DNA of 63,207 nt. It comes from Octopus bimaculoides (lineage: Eukaryota). The position numbers and the translations under genes were made by a program. The notes beneath the pieces are model-generated. The model did not search any database. It saw nothing but the letters and a program-made list of their open reading frames with translations, and was not told the DNA's origin. The DNA lies in contig NC_068991.1 in assembly GCF_001194135.2 (NCBI RefSeq), forward strand, positions 26,998,109 through 27,061,315. Reading direction: 5' to 3'. Positions 54,490 through 63,207 of this stretch are shown here, piece by piece. Numbering within the stretch: the stretch's first letter is position 1; every line of letters begins with the position of its first letter.

Positions 54490-56258
54490 AGCACTTTGCT
54501 TAAAAAATAGATGCATGAAGCAACAGAGTAGAGTGACTGTTGGACCAGGCTAGTGCAATTAGGAGAAAAGAGTGGTTGACAGAATTAGAGTTAGAACAGA
54601 TCAGAACAGAACTAAAAAAAGGGAGTTCAAGTAAAACAGCCAAACAGCATAAGTGATATAGTTAGTCAAAGAACAGCCTACGAGAAAATATAATAGTGCC
54701 ACCTGTCAGAAAGGAAAAACTGACACCTGAGAAATAAGTGAGAAAGATTTTGGATGAATTGAAGGAAGCAATGAATAAAGAAAAGAAATAATTACCAGCA
54801 TTCAAAGGTGTTAATAGAAAGAACTTACTACATATTACTGAAAATGTAGATTTTGTTATCAGTAGTGTAGATACTAAAGATATAGCTGACATTAACATAT
54901 TGATTTATCCAAGAGGGTTAGTAGTTGCTAGCAGAATAGGTATTCCTCAGAAAAAGAAGAGGAAGTGAAAGATATGGAAAAGGAGATTAGAAAATTAAGT
55001 GAAGATCTAAGACAAGTTCTGAATAGAATAAGAAGCTTGAAAACAGGACGAATTAGAACGCACAAGATTTAAATCTTCGCCTTAGTCAAGAAGAAAGAAT
55101 TTAGAATAGTCATGGAAGAACTGAAAGCGCATCATAGCACTGACAGGTAAGCTTTCCAAACATCTGAAAAGAGCAGATTGTTTGAGACAGACCAGAAGAG
55201 ATTTTATCACGAAATGAATAGAGTAGAAGAAACTAATGAAGATCAGAAACGTAATGCAGAGGAAGCTAGACATTTGTCGGGTTATATCTGGGATAAACCA
55301 TTTAAGCATAATAGAGATGCAGCATAGTTAGAGAAATTGAAGGAAGGAGTGGTTAGTAAGGGGTAGCCAGATGTAAAACTAACTAGTGCATTAATGACTA
55401 AATTGTTATGTAGGATGCCAAATAGGAAAGGCTCAGGATAAGCTGTAGCCCAAGGATATTGATTAAGGAAATTTAGTATCTTTCATGGCAGACTGAGGGA
55501 ATTAATTCAGGAGTCGTACCTACTTGGATGACTAGAGGGAGAGCCGTACTCCATACGAAACACAAAAGCAAGGCAATATAGCTTGTAATTTTAGATTAAT
55601 CACTTGCTTACCATTGGCGCGGGAACTGTTAGTAGGAATGCTCTCAGAAAGCATTTATGAGCAGCTTGACAGCCAGAATTTACTGCCAGAAGAACAGAAA
55701 TGTTACAGGAAGAAGACTAGAGGAACGCATAGGCAATGGAGGTCTAAACGAAGTATAATCTAGACAGAACAATTTAACAAAAGCGTAGATAGATTATAAG
55801 AAAGCCTATGACATGATTCCACACTCGTGGATAAGTGAATGTTTCAGAATATTCAGTACTACAGTCAACGTAAGAAAGTTAATTAGTTATAGCATGAAGA
55901 AATAGAAAGTAGATCAGGCATTAAAAACTAATTGGATAAAAGCCAGGATAGACAAAAATCAAGTAGATTTCCATTGTAGGTTATGCAAATCAAAGGAGGG
56001 GAGTGTTACTCATACAGTTGGTAAATGTAGCATGGAAAAGACATGTCAGCCTAGGGAGATTAATCCATTGGGTGTAATGTAGAAAGCTAAGATTTGACCA
56101 GAATGATAAGTGATATAAACATGAACTCAGTAAAGTACTAGAAAGTAAAAAATATAAGCTGTTGGATTTTAACATTCAGACTGAGAGAGTAATAGAAGCT
56201 AGAATGCTTGACTTAGTAAAAATAAACAAAAAGAATAGAAAGTGTCACAACTATGCTG
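54490..56258 (+). mobile_element. R4/Dong-like RLE LINE, decayed, with large internal deletion (element C)
   Basis: LLDQASAIRRKEWL, NFRLITCLPL, LLPEEQK and IDYKKAYDMIPHSWI, then an abrupt jump near 55912 to DQALKTNW..CRLCK...TH...C (zinc knuckle) and DFNIQTERVIEARMLDLV (RLE region). Confidence 0.85.
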
Positions 56259-56383
56259 TGCACATATGGTTGCGTTCCATGTGCCTGGTGTACCCTTATC
56301 AGACGAGTAGTCATGACGGGTATACTGGGCTTCGTATCTTTTAACCCAGTGTCACTTTGATGGCATGCACTGCTCTCTCACTC
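56259..56383 (+). mobile_element. Family D 3' end, second copy
   Basis: Matches 6905-7027. Confidence 0.8.
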
Positions 56384-56460
<77 letters not shown>

Positions 56461-56462
56461 TG

Positions 56463-56520
<58 letters not shown>

Positions 56521-56583
56521 CGATGATGATGACGATGATGAGGACGTCGGTGTGATGATAATGATGATGATGATGATGATGAT
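56384..56583. repeat. (AAT)n-(GAT)n tail
   Basis: Directly visible. Confidence 0.95.
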
Positions 56584-56599
56584 ATTTTCAAATTTTAGC

Positions 56600-57850
56600 G
56601 GAGAGGACAGCGACTTTAGGAGGTAGCAGTCCGTGGATTACATGAACTCCCTGCCTCTGTCCTTGATTCAGGACAGAACTTCAGTGAAAGACACAAGCTG
56701 CAGAAGAGCGAGTCCGAAAACCGGTGACTACATCTGCTCATCGTCAAATGGTCGCTGGAGATGCAGCAGCCTTAGCGTATATCTGTGCACCAGCAACCAC
56801 GGTTTTCCCAATACTCCGCGCAGCGGTAGGTTAGTGAAATGGAGCGCCTGACAAGTTGAACGCGCCCCTTCCACAGAAAGAGGATGAGTATGCGCTTCAG
56901 ATTACATATGAACTGCGGCATGGCACGACAGTCAGGCGGTATTATTTGGCGAAGTGATGCATGCGTCCGCCTCCTCTGCTCGACCTTTCGAGTTTAGCTT
57001 TCTCTCAAACCATTTCTGAGTGAGAATTGCCACCCTACTCGTCTCCTGCAGTTCTTTTCGACTAGGAGATCTGAACCCAGCCAAACCCTAAGGAACTTAA
57101 AAGGTTCGTCCAGTGTCCCACGACGCTTTGGTAACTCTTGGATCTACCTCTCCTTTTGCAGAGTTGCATGACCTTCGACTTTTCTTGGATTATTTTTCCT
57201 CCTCCCATCGCCTAAAATATCCTTAGAGCAGGACCATTTTTCTCTATGTACCTATGGGCGACAGTATGACACCGACGTAGCCCGCGTAAACGAACACAGT
57301 TCTCTCATATCGTAGTTCGCATAGAATTGCCAGTAACGTCTCCACTTTCCGCTGAGTATATGACGCCGTACGTTGCAGCAATCCAACCGCAGAAGACGGA
57401 ACTGAAACCAACCACCGTAGGAACAACCACAATGTTTTAGCGTCCGAAACTGATCAGGTCCCCATCCAAACTAGTTTGGAGCTGCGCCTGTCTCTGCGTC
57501 ACCAATGGAAGGCACACACGCTGATCTCTTTGCTAACACCTGGGTTAACATTTAGTCTCCGTTTAACAAAATTTTATCAATGTGATTCCTCTCGTTTGGG
57601 TCCTATTTTAGCAGTCCCACATACTATCACCTCAGAGAATGAGAATTCTCCCATTCAGCTGCCAGCTGCTATAAGAATCTACCGATTTCGTAGGACAAAC
57701 CATTCAAATAAGGCGATTTTCCCCTCATGCAGCCAACCATGACTTCCCGTTTGTTTTTTTTTTGTTTTTTTTTGCAGCTCTTATCACCTTTAGTAAAACC
57801 CTGCCTCAGAGAGTTGAGGTTTTCGGTTGAGAATAACATTGAATTATATC
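56600..57850 (-). mobile_element. Tx1/L1-clade LINE reverse-transcriptase fragment, decayed
   Basis: Minus strand: GKSPYLNGLSYE (KSPG.DGL.YE-like), VYAGYV (AYADDV-like), FKFLRVWLG, RLTVVPC and LFLWKGRVQLVRRS; clearly GC-richer than its surroundings. Confidence 0.8.
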
Positions 57851-58869
57851 CTGGTTTCCGACCTATCATGCGTTCCTAACAGTACTATTTTTCTAAAATA
57901 GTATATATGGGATGACAGTTTACGTTGTATCCTGCATATTTTTAATGAATAGTGGAGAATGTAGTGAGTATGAAGAGAGTTTATTGTTAATCCTAGCAGT
58001 TTGAGAGACTGTGCCCATAGGCACATCATCATCATCATCATCACATTCACTTTCCCCTGTTTGGATTTCTTACGTATTCTTATGACGTCTCCCTTCCAGC
58101 GAAAGGCTAAATCCTATTGTTTCGCGCCTGCGAAATACTTTCGATTCTTGTTTTAGTATGCCATTCACTGGCATACCTTATTTAAAAACAAAATATCCAT
58201 TCCATTGTATGCAACTGATTCCTACCAAAAGAGCCAACTTATATTACTCGTGGTTCCTAATAGTTTGGGAAAGTTCTGATAAGTATATAACCCCATTCAC
58301 ATAATACTTGACTTCATTTTTGTTTATTTTTCACAGTTCTAATGCAAAAGTTAAATTATTCAAAAATATTTACATCTCAATTAAAATAATTATCACAGGT
58401 GTTAATTCTATTGATATCTTTTAGGCAAATAAACTCAATTTATATAAAAACGGAGTAAAAAATTGAAGTAATTATAAGATAATACCTATGATCATATGAT
58501 TAACATTAATTAGATATATACATATATATTGAATGCATATACTCACACGCACACATACACACACGTATAAGATATGCTAAACGCGCATTTATATGTAGGT
58601 ACTTACACACAAAAAAGTTGAAAGTAAATAGTGTATCTGAAGTACAGATATGTGAAAAGGTTATCTAAATATAAATGGATAAGTGTTTGCGTGTGTATAT
58701 GTATATGTGTGAATACATCTCATATGAATGAAAATATGTACGCTACTATATTATCTTACACATAATCCCCCCTCATTCTATATTTATCTCTCTGCGTCTA
58801 TGTATGTGTATGTGTGTCTGTACGCATAGGTATATATGCGTAAATATACACATGTAAAGGTATGTGTGA

Positions 58870-58924
<55 letters not shown>

Positions 58925-59023
58925 TATATATATATACATACACACACACGCATATACATATACACACACATACATATACATACATATATCTGTATATATA
59001 CAGGTAGATAGATAGGCAAACAA

Positions 59024-59066
<43 letters not shown>

Positions 59067-59639
59067 TTACTTTTCCTGAAGTTTGTTCTATGTTTACTGT
59101 CAGCTATAACATAAAGTAAAATTATAAACCAGCTGTGTTCAATTTACAGTTACCTTTTCATATCTATATTTGAAGATAAAATCTCTGAAATAAGAGTACT
59201 TGTTAGTCAATAAACAAAATCTGAACTAAAGCAACGGTTAAGATATGTACTACTTCCTATGATAGTCAATATATTTTCTCTTTATGAAATCGCTTCGGAA
59301 CACTGGGATTTTTTTGATCAGTCTTATATCTTTTATAATAAAATATTACCATTTCTCAATAATTATTGGAAGTAGAATTTAAAGTGCTTGGCAGACAAAA
59401 GAAAAGCAAAAAATGCAGTCTTGAAACATTTAAACATTTCTATAACTTTCAGTGGTACAAAAGAAATCATTACCGTCATAAAGTATAGTAAACATACGAA
59501 GTTAAAAGGGAAGTTGTATGCGAATAAAAAGAAAGGTAACTTTTGATTGAAATCTATTTAAAACAAACCCATTTTCTAGCTAGATTGTTTGACAGAAGTA
59601 TACGAAAATATCGTTTTATCTCTAACTGATATCATTGAG

Positions 59640-61015
59640 GACCCACGAGAAATGCTGGCCTCAATCATGAAGGAGCCACTTAAGTACTGCCAAAAACTGA
59701 ATACACTAAAAATCGCCCATGAATTGGTCACTAATATAGCATGTCTCAACACCTCTTACAAGATTCTCACATCGATAATAACTGAACGAATGCATGTTTC
59801 CCTTGAACAGAACTCGCATAGCCCCCAAAAGGGTTGTAAAGGAAATTAATTCTTATGAGTGCAAAAACAAATTTCCCATAGACAGAATGATTTTAGAAAA
59901 TTGTGGAGCAAAAACAAGACCCTGAGTACGGCATGGATCACTACAGGAAAGCGTCTGATAGTGTCACACGTTAATTGATTCTCAAAGCCCTTGAGATATA
60001 CAATATCTCTTTTCTTGTTTGTTAATTCTTACAAAATAGCGCGGCCAAGTGTAACAAACTGTTTGTAAGCCATAGTAAAGGGATTAGCCAGGCGAACAGC
60101 ATCAATATCAAACAAGACACCTTTCAAGGTGACTCTCTTTCTCCATTGTTTTTTGCATAGCAAAAACCTCACTCCCACAGAAATGGAATATGCCGGATAT
60201 GGGTACAAAATTGTTTGCAAGGAATGGCCAAAAACTAGAAGGGCTACCAAAAACTGTAAAGGAGTTTAGCGAAGATATCGGGATGGATTTCGAACTCGAT
60301 AAATGTGCCAAAGCAACTTACGTAAGAGGCAAGCTCCGACAAACAGCGTCTATTAGATTCGATATCAACACTTCCATCAAGGAACGTGACTCAACAGAAA
60401 CATATAAACACCTGGCAATGAATAAAGTTGATGGTGTATGTGATACCACTATGAAGAAAAAAATAAGAAAGGAATATTATAAGAGACTACGACTTGTATT
60501 GAAGACTGAACTTCACTCTAAAATTCTCATCGAATTCATTAATATCCAAGTACTTTCAGTAGCCTAGTACAGTTTTAACTTCATTAACTGGAATCCTACA
60601 GAACTCTAACACATGAACAGGAAAACAAGAGAGTTATTGACATATAAGAACATGCACCACCCTACAGCACATGTTGACCGTCTGTACCTACTCAAAAATT
60701 GGGGAAAATGAATGATGCAATTATAAATCTGCTATTACACCTCCATTCTAGGAGTGTACAGGTATTTATCTAGTACAGTGGACTGGATGCTGTGACTTGT
60801 GCGCAAACATGAAAGCAAAAATAGTTGCATTCTATTGTCAAGGATGCTTGTAAATTCGCAAGGAAAACTGGCGTTAACTCTGAAGTAGATGAAGGACCTT
60901 AAACCCCTGCTACTAAACAAGCAGAAGGAATCAAGCAGAAACAAACCGAGGAGCGGTGGAGTCAGAGACCCCTGTTTGTACCATATATTCTTCGATATCA
61001 AAATGCTCATATAGA
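59640..61015 (+). mobile_element. R4/Dong-like LINE RT fragment (element A), 3'-interrupted
   Basis: IACLNTSYKILTSII, QKGCK, FQGDSLSPL, IGMDFELDKCAK and EYYKRLRLVLKTEL; breaks off near 61015. Confidence 0.85.
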
Positions 61016-61019
61016 TCCA

Positions 61020-63207
61020 TCCGAGGCTTAGTTCAAGAAAATTACTGGTTTCACATGGATCAATATCTCCAAGTTGATCCGGAACCAGTTCTTCTTGCCG
61101 CTCCTTTTTATCTGCAGGAATGACACCTGTACCGCACAGGCAACGGTCTAGTGTTTACCCTAATTGTTGTTCTTCGAAAGGTAGGACGGATATAGTACCA
61201 ACTCCTCAGTCCACCAATGCCGGCAAAGTGCCTCCCTCTCTGTATGAGAGCCACATCTATTAACATTTCGCTGAATTGGTTCTGTTATTTCGAGAGGTAC
61301 GAGCACTAATGCCTTACCACTGTCAACTTTCATTATATCTTTTGCTTTTGTAAGTCCCGAATTTTGTCCTCCAGAGGGATTGTAAACATATCTTTCTTTG
61401 TGTTTGCTATACCAGCAAACCTCTTGATCTTGTTATTGCTTTTGTTGTTGATGTCGGCGACAGTACTCGCGTAATGTATTCCTTGGAGAAGATAATATGA
61501 AGGGAAATCTTCCAAGGTGACTCGTTTCCACCGCTACGTTTTGTAATTTCACTAATACCCATAACAATGACACTTAGGAATGTTAAGATGGGTTACCGAT
61601 GTGGGAAGAAAGGCCCATCATTCAACCATCTTCTGTTTATGGATGACCTGAAATTGTTTGGGAAATCTGCGAAGCTGATAGATTCCTTAACCAAACTAGT
61701 CCATAAGTGTGATAGGGGCATCTGTATGAAATTTGGGATTACCAAATGCTCAGTACTTAATATGAAAAGAGGGAAGAAAGCATCCCTGCAGAGGATTGCG
61801 GTTACCATCAGGAGATACCATTGGTGAACCCGACGGTCGTGGGCATAGATATTTAGGGATTTTAGCGGTGGATGATATTCTACACAGAGAAATGAAAGTG
61901 AAGATCAATGAGGCGTATCAAAAAGGTATAAAGATGGTGTTGAAATTCAACCTGAATGCCCAAAATTTGATTACTGCAATGAATATCTGAGCATTTGCCG
62001 TGGTCATATATCGTGCATCCATTCTCAAATGGACTTAGGAGGAAATATCAACACTAGATAGAAGGACGTGAAAGTTGATGACGCTGCATAGGGCGCTACA
62101 CTCTGAAGCAAACGTAAACAAACTGTACATGTCAAGAAAGAATGGTGGCAGAGGACTAATTAGTATAGACCATTGTATAAGAAGTGAAAGGAGAACGCTT
62201 GTCGAGTATTTGATAAATAGGGATGAAGACTTGCTGTAATATGCCGCGAATGACATTGGTGTAAATGCAGATGAAATGATGGGCAAGGAAGAGTTTAACC
62301 AAAGTGCTACGAAGAGAAAAGAAGACCTTGAAATGAGAATGCATGGACAGTTTGAAAGGAATACAGAAGACGTTAAGGATAATACAGCATCGTGGGCATG
62401 ATTTGAGCGAAGCGATTTGAAGCGTACCACGGGAAGCCTGATCATTGCTGCACAAGATCAGACTCTTGCTACCAATTCAGTGAAGTATTACATCTATAAA
62501 ACTTGACATGCAGAAATGCAGACTCTGTGGAAAGAGTGTGGAAATGTGACCCACTTGGTAAGTGCATGTGAGAGCCTTGCACAGAAAGAATACAAGCGCC
62601 GCGACGATAAAGTGTGTGTGTATATTCATTGGTTTTTATGCCATAAATACCAATACGAAGTAACAGAGAACTGGTATGAGCATGTACCAAGTAATGTTAT
62701 GCAGGAGGATGGAAAAGTAACGATTCTCTGCGACTATGATTTTCAGACGGATCGTGTAATCGAACACCGTCGGCCGGATATTGTCATATTGAATAACATA
62801 GTCAAATACTGTCAGATCATTGATTTAGCTATACCAAATGACATGAATGTTGTGAGTAAAGAGGTTGAAAGAATCGCCAAGTAATCCGAATTGAAAGTGG
62901 AAATGGCAAGACTATATGGAATGCGAGACGGTAATGTAAAAGTGATACCAGTGGTGATCGGAGCGTTGGGCTCAATCCTATTGAAACTTCAAAACATCTT
63001 AAGGCTACTGGAAATCCCATGCAATATTGATGTCTTGCAAAAAGTAGCCTTATTGTGCACGGCGCACATCTCAAGGAAAGTATTATCTGTCTGAGGTCCT
63101 TGTTGCGACTTTACAGATGACTAAAGTCTCCGGTGCATTTTTACCTACACTGGGTTACGAAGGAATAATAATAACAACAATAATAACAATAATAATAATA
63201 ATAATAA
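61020..63207 (+). mobile_element. R4/Dong-like RLE LINE (element B): 5'-truncated, 5'-inverted, intact 3' end with (AAT/AAC)n tail
   Basis: Forward from about 61476: FQGDS, NHLLFMDDLKLF (FMDD 61636-61647), HGQF, HLVSACESLAQKEYKRR, RRPDIV (about 62768), IIDLAIP, VIGALG, stop at 63092-63094, tail from 63164. 61020-61475 is pre-RT sequence on the minus strand. Confidence 0.9.

Noticed and set aside
57465-57480. Perfect 16-bp palindrome tccaaactagtttgga
   Set aside because: Lies inside decayed Tx1 RT coding sequence; most simply a local template-switch mutation or chance.
38330-57850. Idea that the Tx1-like ORF1 (38.3-39.5 kb) and Tx1-like RT (56.6-57.9 kb) are one split element
   Set aside because: Both are on the minus strand but RT lies 5' of ORF1, the wrong order, so they are independent insertions.

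Overview
AT-rich eukaryotic genomic DNA dominated by repeats, with 13 N-gaps totalling about 5.6 kb, most flanked by microsatellites. The SINE, LINE and microsatellite landscape resembles a cephalopod (Octopus-like) genome; this is recalled pattern recognition, not a search result. I cannot support any host protein-coding gene, rRNA, tRNA or CRISPR array, so the window reads as intergenic or intronic. Nearly every ORF in the track is a microsatellite or N-gap artefact or a decayed transposon frame. Recognisable content: (1) six mariner remnants, namely three copies of one irritans-like family, one full-length Hsmar1/cecropia-like copy, one Mos1/mellifera-like copy and one 5' fragment; (2) two Penelope-like (PLE) GIY-YIG remnants plus PLE-type terminal repeats with hammerhead-ribozyme-like motifs; (3) a two-LTR Gypsy element lacking RT/RNase H; (4) three R4/Dong-like RLE LINE pieces; (5) two Tx1/L1-like LINE pieces; (6) several SINE families and a MITE. 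The most interesting structures are two independent 5'-inverted retroelement insertions (PLE at 32.0-35.0 kb, R4/Dong at 61.0-63.2 kb) and a recurrent non-canonical hammerhead-like core, CUGU(U/C)GAA...GAAACGU. I see no convincing wholly new system. All assignments come from hand translation and alignment and need confirmation by search.
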